Assembly (NCBI GenBank): GCA_963842525.1
Contig: CAWJGT010000012.1
Coordinates: 32,001-96,000 of the forward strand
DNA: 64,000 nt
Source of the DNA: an uncultured Holophagales bacterium
GTDB lineage: Bacteria; Acidobacteriota; Thermoanaerobaculia; Multivoradales; UBA5704
Direction: 5' to 3'
Shown here: positions 18,913-31,639 of the stretch, one piece after another
Layout: the number at the start of each line of letters is the position of its first letter
How positions within the stretch are numbered: position 1 is the first letter of the stretch
The notes under the pieces: generated by a model
Seen by the model: only the letters and a program-made list of their open reading frames with translations
The model's database searches: none
What the model was told of the DNA's origin: nothing
Made by a program: the position numbers and the translations under genes

Positions 18913-21900
18913 GCGGCCGGGTCGTCCTCGGCCGCTTCGGCCCGCCGCGCGGAGAGTCGCTGCGGGTCATCGACCGGCAGGCGCGCCGGGAGGCGCAACG
19001 CCGGTTCGACCGGCCGCTGATCCTCCAGGCCGGCGCCGGCACGGGCAAGACCACCACCCTGGTGGCCCGGCTCCTCGCCTGGACCCTGGGCGCCGGCTGG
19101 AACCGGGTGCTGGAGCGCCGGGCCGCGCGGCCTGCCGCCCTTCCCGTGCTCCGTCCCGAGGGCGAGGCGAGCCCGGAGCGCACCGCCGCCGACGTGCTGC
19201 GCGGCGTGGTGGCCATCACCTTCACGGAGGCCGCCGCCGCCGAGATGGCGAGCCGGGCCGCGCGCGAGCTCGGCGTCCTCGCCCAGGAGCCGCCCGAGCG
19301 CTGGCCCGGCTGGCTCGACGTCGAGGTCCTGCCGCCGCCCGAGGAGACCGCCCGCCGCGCCCGCGCCCTCCTCGGCGCCCTCGACCATCTGGCCGTGCGC
19401 ACCATCCACGCCTTCTGCCTCGGCCTCCTCGCCGAGCATCCGCTGGAGGCCGGGGTCCATCCGAGCCTCATGGTCGACGCCGAAGGCCGCCTTCTCGAAG
19501 AGGTCGTCCGCGAGGTGGTCGAGGGCATGCTGCGCGAGGGTTACGGGACTCCGGGCGATCCGCACCTCCTGGGGCTCGCCACCCGCGGCTTCGGACCGCA
19601 GGAGGTCGCCGAGGCCCTGTTCGAGCTGGCCCGCGTGGGGCTGCCGCCCGCGGTGCTCGACGAGGATCCCTTCGGACCGGGGCCGATCGCGGACTTCCGC
19701 GAGCGCCTCACCCTGGCCGCCGGGCAGGTCTACGAGCGGATCGCGCCGCGCCTCGGCGGACCCGAGGGCAAGATCCGCAACGCCCGCGAGATCGAGCGCA
19801 GTCTTTCCACCTTGATCGAGCGGCTGACCCGCGAAGAGGACCAGGACGCAGGCCTTCAAACGCTCCGCGTCTGGGTGAGCGAGCTGCTCCCGGGCAATCT
19901 CGTGGGCCATCTCAAGAAATGGGGAAAATCGGATCTGAGCGCCACCGAGGCGAGCCTCCTGGGCGAGGTGCGCGACGAGCTGGCGGCCGGGTCCGCCGTC
20001 CTCTGCCGGCTGGTGGACCATCTGGGCAAGATCGACCCCGAGCTGCTGGAGCACGGTCGCCGCGCCCTCGGTCCGCTCCTCGCCGGCGTCGAGCGCGAGC
20101 TCCATGCCCGCGGCATCGCCACCTTCGACGCCCTGCTCACCGGTGCGGCCTCGCTCCTCGCCAGCCACCCCGAAGTCCGTTCGCGGGTGCGAAGAGGGAT
20201 CGACCAGCTCCTGGTCGACGAATTCCAGGACACCGACCGGGTGCAGTGCGACATCCTGCGCTGGATCGCCCTCGAAGGTCCGCGGGACGAGCGCCCCGGC
20301 CTCTTCCTCGTCGGCGATCCCAAGCAGTCGATCTATGGCTGGCGCAGTGCCGACCTGCGCGCTTACGACGGCTTCGTCGAGCTGGCGCGCAAGCACGGCG
20401 GCGAGGTGATGCCGCTGGTCGAGAACTTCCGCTCCGTGCCGGCCATCCTTGCCGAGGTGGCGCGTGTCGTCGAGCCGGTGATGCGCCACCAACCCGGCGT
20501 CCAGCCGCCCTTCGAGCCGCTCCTCCCCTGCGAGCGGCGGCAGGAAGATCCCGGTTTCGTCCGCGGCGGCCCCGCGATGCCCCGGGCCGCCGTGGAGCAC
20601 TGGGTCTCCTGGACCGCGGAAGACGGCGCGCCCGGGCCGGGGCGAGGCAGGGCGGTCGATCGGGTCGAGCTGGAAGCCGCGGCGCTCGCCGCCGACATCC
20701 GGGCCCTGCACGACGAGGAGCAGGTGCCCTGGAAGGACGTTGCCATCCTGCTGCGCGGCACCGGCGACCTCGACCTCTACCTCGAAGCTCTCCGCCGCGC
20801 CCACGTCCCCTTCGCCGTGGGCCGCGACAAGCAGTACTACCGCCGGCGCGAGGTCATCGAGGCCTCGGCCCTGGTGCGCGCAGTCCTCGACGCGGGCGAC
20901 CACCTGGCCCTGCTGACCGTCCTCCGCTCGGCCGTGGTCGGCGTTCCCGACGCGGCCCTGATCCCCCTCTGGCGGCGGGACTTCCCGAAGCACATGACCG
21001 AGCTGCGGGGCAGCGACGCCCGCCTGCCGGAGCGCCTGGCCAGGGTCCGCGAGGCGATCGAGGCGGCGGCGCGCGAGGTGCCGCAGGACGTGCCGGGCAT
21101 CGACCGGGTCCGCGGCTGGGAGAAGGGGCTGCTCGCGGCGGTCGAGCACCTGGCGATCCTGCGGCAATCATTTGAAACTGAGCCGGCGGACCTCTTCGTG
21201 GAACGGCTGCGCAGCCTTTTCCCGATCGAGGCCGTGGAAGCGGCCCGCTACCTCGGCCCATACCGGCTGGCCAACCTGGATCGCTTCTTCCGCCAGCTCC
21301 AGGGCGCCGTCGAAGAGGGCGGCGGCGACCTCACGGCGATCCTGCGCGCCCTGCGCCGCAGCGTGGCCGAGGCGCGCGAGGCCGAAGAGGGGCGTCCGCA
21401 GGAGGGAGCCGAGGACGCGGTCCAGGTGCTCACCATCCACGGCGCCAAGGGGCTGGACTTCGGCCACGTCTATCTGGCCCAGCTCCACAAGCCGCCGCGT
21501 CCCGAAGGCATCAACAAGACCGAGGCCGGCCGGCTCGCCGACGGCGGCATCGAGGTCCGCCTGTTCGGCGCGCCCACCCTAGGCTTCGACCGGGTCGAGG
21601 CCGAACGGCGAGAGGTCGAAGCCGCCGAGCGGGTGCGCACGCTCTATGTAGCCATGACCCGGGCCAAGGACCGTCTGGTCCTGGCCGCCGCCTGGCCGGA
21701 AGAGCCGGCCGCGCCGAGGTCCGTCGAGCACAGCCGCACCCATCTCGATCTCCTTCTCGCGCGGCAGGACCTCCCCGTCGAGCCGCTGGCCGTCCTGTGG
21801 GACAGGGGCCGGGCCGGGCAGGCCCCCGCGTTCGAGGACCCGGCCGGCGCCCTCTGGAAGTTCCCGGCGCACTGGCCCGCTCTACAGGATGGTGGAGGCC

Positions 21901-22685
21901 CGTTGCCCGAGAGGGACGGCGCCGGTCTTCCCGGTCCTGGCGAGGTCGCCCGCGCCTCGGCGCAGCTCGCCGGGCACCGAGCCGCGGCAGCGGCCCGCAT
22001 GGCGCGTCCCTGGGGAGCCGCCGCGTCCGAAGAGGCCCATGCACTTCTACGCGAAGAGCAGGCCGAGCGCCGCCTGGCCTCGGACGGCAAGGCCGCGCCC
22101 GCCGGAGAGCCCCCTGAGGAGCAGAGCGCCGAGCCCGCGGCATCGACTCCGATCGACCGGGAGACCGCCATGGCCGTGGGCAGCGCGATCCATCGTGTCC
22201 TGGAGACCTGGGACCTCGCCGCGGACCCGCGCCGCGAGCTGGCCCGCCAGCGTTCGCTCCTGCCCGCCTGGCTCGCCCCATTGGCCCGCGGCGAGGTCCT
22301 GGAGAAGGCCCTCCCGCACGCCGACCGTCTCCTCGACCACCTCGGAGGCAGCCGTCTCCTGGAGCGCCTGCGGACCCTGCGCGACCACGTCCTCGCCCGC
22401 GAGCTCGCGGTCCTCTTGCCCCCCTGGGAAGGCCCTCACGCTCCGGTCGGAGCCGTCACCGGAGCCGTCGACCTCCTCTACCGCGACCCCGACACCGGCC
22501 GCCTCGTCGTGGCCGACTACAAGACCGACGAGGTCACCGCCCCCGAAGACCTCCAGCGCCGCGCCCAGACCTATGCCCCGCAGGGAGCCACCTACGTCCG
22601 AGCCCTCCGCGAAGCCCTCGACCTCGCCGAGCCGCCTCGTTTCGAGCTCTGGTTCCTGCAGGCTGACCGGGTGGTGGAGGTTTAA
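18909..22685 (+). CDS. addA: AddA-like UvrD-family helicase-nuclease
   Basis: AGAGTGKTT, ITFTEAAA, VDEFQDT, VGDPKQSIY, TIHGAKGL, YVAMTRA, VDLL..ADYKTD. Confidence 0.85.
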   Translation: MSGRVVLGRFGPPRGESLRVIDRQARREAQRRFDRPLILQAGAGTGKTTTLVARLLAWTLGAGWNRVLERRAARPAALPVLRPEGEASPERTAADVLRGVVAITFTEAAAAEMASRAARELGVLAQEPPERWPGWLDVEVLPPPEETARRARALLGALDHLAVRTIHAFCLGLLAEHPLEAGVHPSLMVDAEGRLLEEVVREVVEGMLREGYGTPGDPHLLGLATRGFGPQEVAEALFELARVGLPPAVLDEDPFGPGPIADFRERLTLAAGQVYERIAPRLGGPEGKIRNAREIERSLSTLIERLTREEDQDAGLQTLRVWVSELLPGNLVGHLKKWGKSDLSATEASLLGEVRDELAAGSAVLCRLVDHLGKIDPELLEHGRRALGPLLAGVERELHARGIATFDALLTGAASLLASHPEVRSRVRRGIDQLLVDEFQDTDRVQCDILRWIALEGPRDERPGLFLVGDPKQSIYGWRSADLRAYDGFVELARKHGGEVMPLVENFRSVPAILAEVARVVEPVMRHQPGVQPPFEPLLPCERRQEDPGFVRGGPAMPRAAVEHWVSWTAEDGAPGPGRGRAVDRVELEAAALAADIRALHDEEQVPWKDVAILLRGTGDLDLYLEALRRAHVPFAVGRDKQYYRRREVIEASALVRAVLDAGDHLALLTVLRSAVVGVPDAALIPLWRRDFPKHMTELRGSDARLPERLARVREAIEAAAREVPQDVPGIDRVRGWEKGLLAAVEHLAILRQSFETEPADLFVERLRSLFPIEAVEAARYLGPYRLANLDRFFRQLQGAVEEGGGDLTAILRALRRSVAEAREAEEGRPQEGAEDAVQVLTIHGAKGLDFGHVYLAQLHKPPRPEGINKTEAGRLADGGIEVRLFGAPTLGFDRVEAERREVEAAERVRTLYVAMTRAKDRLVLAAAWPEEPAAPRSVEHSRTHLDLLLARQDLPVEPLAVLWDRGRAGQAPAFEDPAGALWKFPAHWPALQDGGGPLPERDGAGLPGPGEVARASAQLAGHRAAAAARMARPWGAAASEEAHALLREEQAERRLASDGKAAPAGEPPEEQSAEPAASTPIDRETAMAVGSAIHRVLETWDLAADPRRELARQRSLLPAWLAPLARGEVLEKALPHADRLLDHLGGSRLLERLRTLRDHVLARELAVLLPPWEGPHAPVGAVTGAVDLLYRDPDTGRLVVADYKTDEVTAPEDLQRRAQTYAPQGATYVRALREALDLAEPPRFELWFLQADRVVEV

Positions 22686-22722
22686 GAGGGTGTCTCAAAA
22701 GGTTTGCGGCGGCCCCGAAAGA

Positions 22723-22776
22723 CCCTCACCCCCGGCCCCTCTCCCATCCGCACTCACACCCGCCCGGGAGAGGGGG
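22723..22776 (+). repeat. Palindromic REP/MITE-like element, intergenic
   Basis: CCCTCACCCCCGGCCCCTCTCCC-loop-GGGAGAGGGGG. Confidence 0.8.
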
Positions 22777-22867
22777 AGCCCCCACCCAGGAGCGGTTGCC
22801 GTGTGGTATGCCCTCTCTGTGCACATCCACGTGCAGTAGAGGCGGTCACCGGCGATAGACTCCAGGC

Positions 22868-23389
22868 ATGCGGCTGGAAACGGAGCGGCTGGTCCTGCGG
22901 CCGTGGCAAACGGGCGATGAGAAGGCCATCATCCGCCATGCCAACAACTGGAACGTCTGGATCAACCTGCGGGACCTCTTCCCGTACCCGTACACGCTGG
23001 AGCACGCGCAGGAGTGGATCGTGCGGTGCTCGGTGACCGGCGACTTGCCGCACAACCTGGCTCTGGTGCACCAGGGGGAGCCGATCGGCAGCGTGGGGCT
23101 GAGCCCGATGACGGACGTGGCCCGTTTCACTGCGGAGATCGGCTACTGGCTCGGCGAGGCCTTCTGGGGGCGCGGCCTCGCCACCGAGGCGCTCCGCCGT
23201 TTCTCCGACTATGCGTTCGAGAGTTTCTCTTTCGAGCGCCTGGAGGCCTGGATCTTCGCGAGCAACCCGGCCTCGGGGCGGGTCCTCGAGAAAGCCGGCT
23301 ACGAGCTCGAGGCGACGCTGCGGCGCAGCTCGTTCAAGGACGGCCGGTTCCTCGACAGTCACGTCTATGCGCGGTTCCGGCCGCGCTAG
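22868..23389 (+). CDS. GNAT acetyltransferase (RimJ/RimL type)
   Basis: LETERLVLRP, AEIGYWLG..WGRGLATEA, NPASGRVLEKAG. Confidence 0.92.
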   Translation: MRLETERLVLRPWQTGDEKAIIRHANNWNVWINLRDLFPYPYTLEHAQEWIVRCSVTGDLPHNLALVHQGEPIGSVGLSPMTDVARFTAEIGYWLGEAFWGRGLATEALRRFSDYAFESFSFERLEAWIFASNPASGRVLEKAGYELEATLRRSSFKDGRFLDSHVYARFRPR

Positions 23390-23610
23390 GAACAGGGGGA
23401 AGCATGCCTGAGACGACCGAGCCCTCTGCCCCGCTCTCGACTACGACGGCGCGGGGAGCCGCATCCCGGGCATTCCCGTCTCCTTCGGAAAGTAGGGGGA
23501 TTCTATACGAGCCGTCTCTTGTCGCGCCTGGACGTCAACGGATATTTCAGTAGGCCCTCACGAAATCCAATTCTCGCGTGTGACACTCTTGGGTAGACCC
23601 GGAGGAGCCG

Positions 23611-25029
23611 ATGATCCTTCCTATCTCCCAAGAGCGAACGACCGTCCGCAAGCTTCCCTGGGTGTGCTTCGCGGTCATCGCTCTCTGCATCCTGGCCTAT
23701 TTCCTGACCCGGCCGGGGCTGTCGGCCGAGGCCGGCGCCGAGCAGGAGCTGAGTGCCGCGCTGGGCTACTACGTGGAGCGGCCCTATCTCCAGCTCGACG
23801 CGCGCCTGGCGCCGCCGGAGAGCCGGTCGATGCTGCGCGATCCCGAAGCCGCAGGGCGGAAGCCGGACGCCGCGACGATGCGCCAGCAGCAGGAGGAGCT
23901 GGACCGGCTCACCCGCGATTGGCTCGGCAAGGTCGAGAGGAACTCCATCTGGCGCTACGGGCTGGTCCCCGCGGAGATCCGGGTGATCAGCGTCCTCAGC
24001 CACATGTTTCTCCATGGCGGATGGCTCCACCTGTTCGGCAACCTCCTGTTCTTCTACGTGCTCGCGCCGTTCGTGGAGGACGCCTGGGGACGGAAGCGCT
24101 TCGCGCTCTTCTACATTGGAGCCGGGCTCTTCTCCGGCCTCGCGTTCGCGTTGCACTACCCGCACCTCTACCGGCCGCTGATCGGCGCCTCCGGAGCGGT
24201 GGCGGGGGTGATGGGTGCGTTCGTCGTGCTGTTCGGCCGCAGCCGTATCCGCTACTTCTACTTCCTCGGCCTGTTCTTCGGCACCTTCTACGCTCCGGCC
24301 TGGATCATGCTGCCGATGTGGTTTTTCGGCGAGCTCGCCTCGGCCACGATGGCGGACCGTCTCGCGCCCGGCGGCCTGCTGGGCGGAGTGGCCTACTGGG
24401 CACACGTCTGGGGCTTCCTCTTCGGGGCCGTGGTAGCGGCCGTGGCGCGCAAGATCGGTGGGGCGGGCGAGTGGGCGGGCGAGAAGGTCGATGCCGAGCT
24501 CGCGGCCGATCCGGCGGAGCTGACCATCCAGGAGGCCTGGCGGGCCGAGTCCGGCGGAGATTTCTCGGAAGCCTGGGGCCTTCTGGCCGAGGCGATGCGG
24601 CACGACCCCGGCAACCTGAAGCTCGCGGCGGCCTGGTGGGGGCTGGCCGTCCGCCAGGGCCGGGAGCGGGAGGTGGTGGCCGAGGGCGTCCGCCTGGTCC
24701 GCGTCGAGGTCCAGAGCGGCGAAGCCGAATCGGCGATCACCCACTGGCGCGAGCTGCGGCGCGCCGTCCCCGAGGTGAGGGATGCGGCCCTCACCACCCG
24801 CCTGAGCGAAGAGGCCTTGAAGAGGGGGTGGAAGGAGGACGGGCACGACCTCGTCCGGCAGGCCGTCGCCGACCTGAAACCCGAGACGCCGCTCGCGATC
24901 GCCATGAAGCTCGTGCGGATGTCCCCGGGCGTGGACCGGGCTCTGCACCAGGAAGCGGTCGAAAAGGCCCTGCAGAATCCCAACCTGACCCTCGACCTGC
25001 GCGAGCAGCTCGAGCGGCAGCGGATGTAG
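23611..25029 (+). CDS. Rhomboid intramembrane serine protease with helical C-terminal domain
   Basis: MFLHGGWLHLFGN, GASGAV, AHVWGF. Confidence 0.9.
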   Translation: MILPISQERTTVRKLPWVCFAVIALCILAYFLTRPGLSAEAGAEQELSAALGYYVERPYLQLDARLAPPESRSMLRDPEAAGRKPDAATMRQQQEELDRLTRDWLGKVERNSIWRYGLVPAEIRVISVLSHMFLHGGWLHLFGNLLFFYVLAPFVEDAWGRKRFALFYIGAGLFSGLAFALHYPHLYRPLIGASGAVAGVMGAFVVLFGRSRIRYFYFLGLFFGTFYAPAWIMLPMWFFGELASATMADRLAPGGLLGGVAYWAHVWGFLFGAVVAAVARKIGGAGEWAGEKVDAELAADPAELTIQEAWRAESGGDFSEAWGLLAEAMRHDPGNLKLAAAWWGLAVRQGREREVVAEGVRLVRVEVQSGEAESAITHWRELRRAVPEVRDAALTTRLSEEALKRGWKEDGHDLVRQAVADLKPETPLAIAMKLVRMSPGVDRALHQEAVEKALQNPNLTLDLREQLERQRM

Positions 25030-25085
25030 CCTCACCCCCTGTCCCCCTCTCCCATCGCCCCCCCTTCCACCGGGAGAGGGGGGAC
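25030..25085 (+). repeat. Palindromic REP/MITE-like element directly after the rhomboid stop
   Basis: CCTCACCCCCTGTCCCCCTCTCCC-loop-GGGAGAGGGGGGAC. Confidence 0.8.
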
Positions 25086-25193
25086 GTGGAGGATGCCGTC
25101 GTGCCGGAGCCGTAGCTCTTATTCCACAGGTATTTTGTTGAGAAACGGCTGCGCAGAACGATTGTACTCGAACGCCTGAAGCCTCCCGGCGCG

Positions 25194-25222
25194 TTGCGTC
25201 CCCGGAACCGGCGCGATAGCAT
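25194..25222 (+). promoter_or_regulatory. Sigma70-type promoter of the acyl-CoA dehydrogenase-meaB-mce operon
   Basis: TTGCGT-17bp-TAGCAT. Confidence 0.45.
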
Positions 25223-25300
25223 GGCCCGGCCTGTTGCAGCCCGCCGGCGGCACCTTCCTAGGAAGAGCCCCCAGGAGAGGAAGACTGGAGGAGTGGACCC

Positions 25301-26450
25301 GTGGACTTTGCCCTGACCGAAGAGCAGCGCGCCATCCAGGAGACCGCGCGAGAGTTCGCCCGCCGCGAGATCGACCCGATCGTCGACGAGATCGACGAGT
25401 CTCAGAAGTTCCCGCGCGACGTGATGGCCAAGGCCGGCGAGCTCGGCTTCCTGGGCATCATCTTCCCCGAGGAATACGGCGGCGCCGGTCTGGGCTACAT
25501 CGAATATGTGATCGTCGTCACCGAGCTTCTCCGCGGTCGATCCGTCGGTGGGGATCAGCGTGGCCGCCCACAACTCCCTGGGCACGAACCACATCTTCAA
25601 GTTCGGCAATGAGGAGCAGCGCCAGCGCTGGGTGGTTCCCCTTGCCCGCGGCGAGAAGATCGCCGCCTGGAGCCTGACCGAGCCCGGCGCCGGCTCGGAC
25701 GCGGCCGGCACCCGCAGCCGCGCCGAGAAGGTCGACGGCGGCTGGATCCTGAACGGCTCGAAGACCTTTACCACCCACGGCAGCGTCGGCGACATCTGCG
25801 TGGTTTTCGCGGTCACCGACCCGAACGGGCCGCGCCACCACAACATCTCGGCCTTCGTCCTCGAAAAGGGGATGGAGGGGTTCCGCCCCGGCAAGAAGGA
25901 GAACAAGCTGGGGATCCGCGCCTCGGATACGGCCGAGGTGATCATGGAAGACTGCTTCGTCTCCGAGGACCGGCTGCTGGGCGACGTCGGCGAGGGCTTC
26001 ATCCAGGCGCTCCAGATCCTGGACGGCGGCCGCATCTCGATCGCCGCGCTCGGGCTCGGCACGGCGGTCGGCGCCTATGAAACGTCGCTCCGGTATTCGA
26101 AGGAGCGCGAGCAGTTCGGCCAGCCCATCGCCTCGTTCCAGGCCATCCAGTTCGCCCTTGCCGAGATGTCGACCCGCATCGCCGCGGCCGAGATCCTGAC
26201 CTACGCCGCGGCCGATGCCATGGACCGCGGCACCCGGGTGTCGCGCCTGGCCTCGGAGGCCAAGCTCTATGCCGGCGAGGCCGCCGTGTTCTGCTCCGAG
26301 CGGGGGGTCCAGATCCACGGCGGCTACGGCTTCATCAAGGACTACCGGGCCGAGAAGTATTACCGCGACGCCAAGATCTGCACCATCGGCGAAGGCACGA
26401 GCGAGATCCAGCGCCTGGTCATCGCCCGCCTGCTGTTCAAGGGGCAGTAA
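25301..26450 (+). CDS. Acyl-CoA dehydrogenase (frameshift ~25528)
   Basis: FPEEYGGAG, LTEPGAGSD, LNGSKTF, QIHGGYG, IGEGTSEIQR over two frames. Confidence 0.92.
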
Positions 26451-27481
26451 TGACGCGAGGTAGCGTGGACGATCTCGTCCCACGGCTGCTGGAGCGGCAG
26501 CCGCGTGCGGTGGGGCGCGCCATCTCGCTGGTCGAGAACGGCGGCCCGGCGCAGCGCGAGCTCATCCGCCGCGTCTACGGGAAGACCGGCCGGGCGCGGG
26601 TGATCGGCATCACCGGCCCTCCCGGCGCCGGCAAGAGTACCCTGGTCGACCGCCTGGCCCGGCTCTGCCGCAAACGGGGAGAGACGGTCGGCATCCTGGC
26701 CGTCGACCCCACCAGCCCCTACTCGGGCGGCGCCCTGCTCGGCGACCGCATCCGCATGCAGACCCTCTATACCGACCCGGGCGTCTTCATCCGCTCGATG
26801 GCCACCCGCGGCGCCATGGGCGGGCTGGCCCGCGCCTCCAGCGACGCCGTGGACCTCCTCGACGCCGCCGGCTTCGACTGGGTCCTGGTCGAGACCGTGG
26901 GCGTCGGGCAGGACGAGGTGGACGTCGTGCGCACGGTCGACACGGTCGTGGTGGTGACCGTGCCGGGGATGGGCGACGACATCCAGGCGATCAAGGCCGG
27001 AATCCTGGAGATCGCCGACGTCTTCGTCATCAACAAGGCCGACCGTGACGGGGTGGACCGCACCGTGCGCGACCTGGAGATGATGCTCGGCCTCGGCGAG
27101 CATGGCGACTGGATCCCGCCGGTGCTCAAGACCGTGGCGAGCCGCGACGAGGGGATCGACCGGCTGCTCGCCGAGGTCGAGCGTCACCGCGAGCACCTGA
27201 TGACCACCGGCGGCCTGGAGAGCCGCCGGCTTTCGCACCTGCGGCTGCGGGTGGAGACCATCCTCAAGCAGCGGGTCGTGACCGCGGCCGACCGAGTCCT
27301 CGGTCTGGAGCGTGAGGTCGAGCGCGGCTTCGCGCAGCGGCTCGACCCCTACGAGGTGGCCGACCGGCTCTTCCTCGGCGTGGTGCGCGGCCAGGCGGTC
27401 GAGGAGGGTGACCTCGAATCTACGGCGGAGGCCCTGTCCGAGGACGGCGCCGCGGGAGCCTTGGAGGAGCGGGCGCCGTGA
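26450..27481 (+). CDS. meaB: Methylmalonyl-CoA mutase-associated GTPase
   Basis: GPPGAGKST, AVDPTSP, LGDRIRM, ETVGVGQ, NKAD. Confidence 0.93.
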   Translation: MTRGSVDDLVPRLLERQPRAVGRAISLVENGGPAQRELIRRVYGKTGRARVIGITGPPGAGKSTLVDRLARLCRKRGETVGILAVDPTSPYSGGALLGDRIRMQTLYTDPGVFIRSMATRGAMGGLARASSDAVDLLDAAGFDWVLVETVGVGQDEVDVVRTVDTVVVVTVPGMGDDIQAIKAGILEIADVFVINKADRDGVDRTVRDLEMMLGLGEHGDWIPPVLKTVASRDEGIDRLLAEVERHREHLMTTGGLESRRLSHLRLRVETILKQRVVTAADRVLGLEREVERGFAQRLDPYEVADRLFLGVVRGQAVEEGDLESTAEALSEDGAAGALEERAP

Positions 27482-27936
27482 TCGGCAGGATCGACCACAT
27501 CGGCATCGCGGTCCGCTCCATCGAGGAGGCCCGCAAGCTCTATGAGGCCCTAGGGCTCCACGTCGAGGAGATCGAGGAGGTCCCCGACGAGGGGGTCCGG
27601 GTCGCGATGATCCCCTGCGGGGAGACGCGCATCGAGCTGCTCGAGTCCATCGCGGACGACTCGCCCGTCGCGAAGTTCCTGGAGAAGCGCGGCCCCGGGA
27701 TTCACCACGTATGCCTGGCGAGCGACGACGTGCGGTCGGATGACGCGCGCCTGCGCGACGCCGGCTTCCAGGTCCTCCGCCCCGAGCCCACCCGGGGTGC
27801 CGGAGGCTGCTGGGTCCAGTTCGTCCATCCCAAGAGCACCGGGGGCGTGCTGCTCGAATTGGCGGAGGGAGCCCCTCACCCCCCAGCCCCCTCTCCCAAC
27901 CGCCCTCCCGCGCCTCCGGGAGAGGGGGAGCAGTAA
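27478..27936 (+). CDS. mce: Methylmalonyl-CoA epimerase; C-terminal tail encoded by a repeat element
   Basis: IDHIGIAV, IELLE, GIHHVC, FVHPKSTGGVLLEL. Confidence 0.9.
   Translation: MIGRIDHIGIAVRSIEEARKLYEALGLHVEEIEEVPDEGVRVAMIPCGETRIELLESIADDSPVAKFLEKRGPGIHHVCLASDDVRSDDARLRDAGFQVLRPEPTRGAGGCWVQFVHPKSTGGVLLELAEGAPHPPAPSPNRPPAPPGEGEQ
27873..27930 (+). repeat. Palindromic REP/MITE-like element forming the mce C-terminus
   Basis: CCCTCACCCCCCAGCCCCCTCTCCC..GGGAGAGGGGGAG, translated as PHPPAPSPNRPPAPPGEGE. Confidence 0.8.
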
Positions 27937-27937
27937 A

Positions 27938-28280
27938 TTGATCAAGCCCGGCACCATCGTCATCGTCCATCTGATCAACCCGACGGAGAAAGTTCTGGGG
28001 AGTGCTCCAGGACCTCGCCGTGGCGGGGGTGATCCTGCGCGGGATCAACATCTCCAGCTTCGACGACTGGATGGCCCAGGCGGCCCGCCCGGGCGAGCAG
28101 ACGCTCGGCCTCACCACCATGTTCGTCCCCCTCTTCCGCGTGGAGCGCATCTTCCTCGACGAGTCGGTCGGCGAGGTCGAGAGCTACCAGCAGCGCTTCG
28201 CCAAGCGCGTCGGCATCTCGGTCGAGCAGTACCTTGGCCTCGGCGACGCCGGGGAAGACGCGGGCGAAGTGCCGTCGTAG
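27938..28280 (+). CDS. Hypothetical protein (frameshift ~27990)
   Basis: LIKPGTIVIVHLINPTEK continues as FWGVLQDL...MFVPLFRVERIFLDE after a 1-bp shift. Confidence 0.65.
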
Positions 28281-28313
28281 GCGCCGCACGCGGTGCCCGT
28301 CTCACGTACCCTC

Positions 28314-28343
28314 TTGACCGTAAACGAACGTTCGTGCTAGAAA
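28314..28343 (+). promoter_or_regulatory. Promoter with palindromic operator in the spacer
   Basis: TTGACC-18bp-TAGAAA with perfect palindrome ACGAACGTTCGT at 28324-28335. Confidence 0.6.
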
Positions 28344-28364
28344 TTTGGTCGAGGGGAGACGACG

Positions 28365-29231
28365 ATGCGGAACCCATGTCAGGTCTCGGCAGTGCGGCTC
28401 GGATTTGCGGTGTTGGGAAGTGTATGGCCCTGGCTGGCGGCGTGGCTGGCGCTGCGCCTGTTCTCGACGCCCCGGCGTCATCCGCGTCCCCCGCGGGAGG
28501 CCGAGACCCTGGCGAGCGGCACGCCCTTGCGGCTGAGCTCCGGGCTGGCGGCGACCGCCTGGGGTGAGGGCCCGACGGTGCTGCTGGTCCACGGCTGGGA
28601 GGGGCGCGGCTCGCAGCTCGGCGCCTTCGTGGCGCCGCTGGTGGCGGCCGGCCACCGGGTGATCGTTCTCGACGGTCCCGCCCACGGCGACTCTCCGGGT
28701 GAGCGGACCAACGCGGTGCTCTTCGCCAAGGCCTTGCTCGCGGTGGACCGCGAGGCCGGCCCGTTCGCAGCCATCGTGGCCCACTCGTTCGGCGCCGCCA
28801 CTTCGACCCTGGCGCTCACCCGCGGGCTGCGGGCCGCGCGCATGGTAGCCATCGCCTCGCCGTCCGCCCTGACCAAGGTCGTCCAGAGGTTCCATCAGAT
28901 GATCGGCTTGCCGGAGCGGGCCGCGCGGCAATTCCACGACCTGCTGAAGCGGCGCGCAGGCGTCTCCGTCGAAGAGCTCGACATCGCCCGCCTGAGCTCG
29001 CGGCTCACCATCCCCGCCCTGGTCTTCCACGATCCAGCCGACGCCGAGGTCCCCTTCACCGAAGGACGCGCCATCGCCGCCGCCTGGCCCGGCGCCCGCC
29101 TGCGCGTCGTCCAGGGCGCTGGCCATCGCCGCATCCTGAGGACGCCCGAGGTGATCGCGGAGACAGTGGATTTCGTGATGGGCGAGCGGGTGGTTGCCGA
29201 GGTCGAGGAGATGGTCGCAGCGGGTAGATAG
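28365..29231 (+). CDS. Alpha/beta hydrolase
   Basis: LLVHGWEG, AHSFG nucleophile elbow, HDPADAEVP, GHRRIL. Confidence 0.92.
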   Translation: MRNPCQVSAVRLGFAVLGSVWPWLAAWLALRLFSTPRRHPRPPREAETLASGTPLRLSSGLAATAWGEGPTVLLVHGWEGRGSQLGAFVAPLVAAGHRVIVLDGPAHGDSPGERTNAVLFAKALLAVDREAGPFAAIVAHSFGAATSTLALTRGLRAARMVAIASPSALTKVVQRFHQMIGLPERAARQFHDLLKRRAGVSVEELDIARLSSRLTIPALVFHDPADAEVPFTEGRAIAAAWPGARLRVVQGAGHRRILRTPEVIAETVDFVMGERVVAEVEEMVAAGR

Positions 29232-29398
29232 GTCCTCACCCCCTGGCCCCCTCTCCCATCTCCCTTCCGCCCCCCGCCGGGAGAGGGGGGACGCATCCGG
29301 AGCCGTTCCACGAGCTCGCCACACAGACTTCAGCGACGTTCCCCCTCTCCCGGGGATGGGTGGGTGGGAGATGGGAGAGGGGGCCAGGGGGTGAGGAC

Positions 29399-29410
<12 letters not shown>
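29220..29410. repeat. Head-to-head dimer of the palindromic element with 45-bp perfect outer inverted repeats
   Basis: 29220-29264 is the exact reverse complement of 29366-29410. Confidence 0.9.
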
Positions 29411-31585
<2,175 letters not shown>

Positions 31586-31613
31586 ACCCTCCGTATCTCT
31601 TTACCACAACTGT

Positions 31614-31631
31614 GTGACGAAGGCATGGCAG
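31614..31631 (-). promoter_or_regulatory. Possible Pho box upstream of ppk1
   Basis: Minus strand CTGCCAT-GCCT-TCGTCAC (11-bp repeat) then 10 bp to TAAAGA. Confidence 0.35.
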
Positions 31632-31639
31632 GGCGCCCG

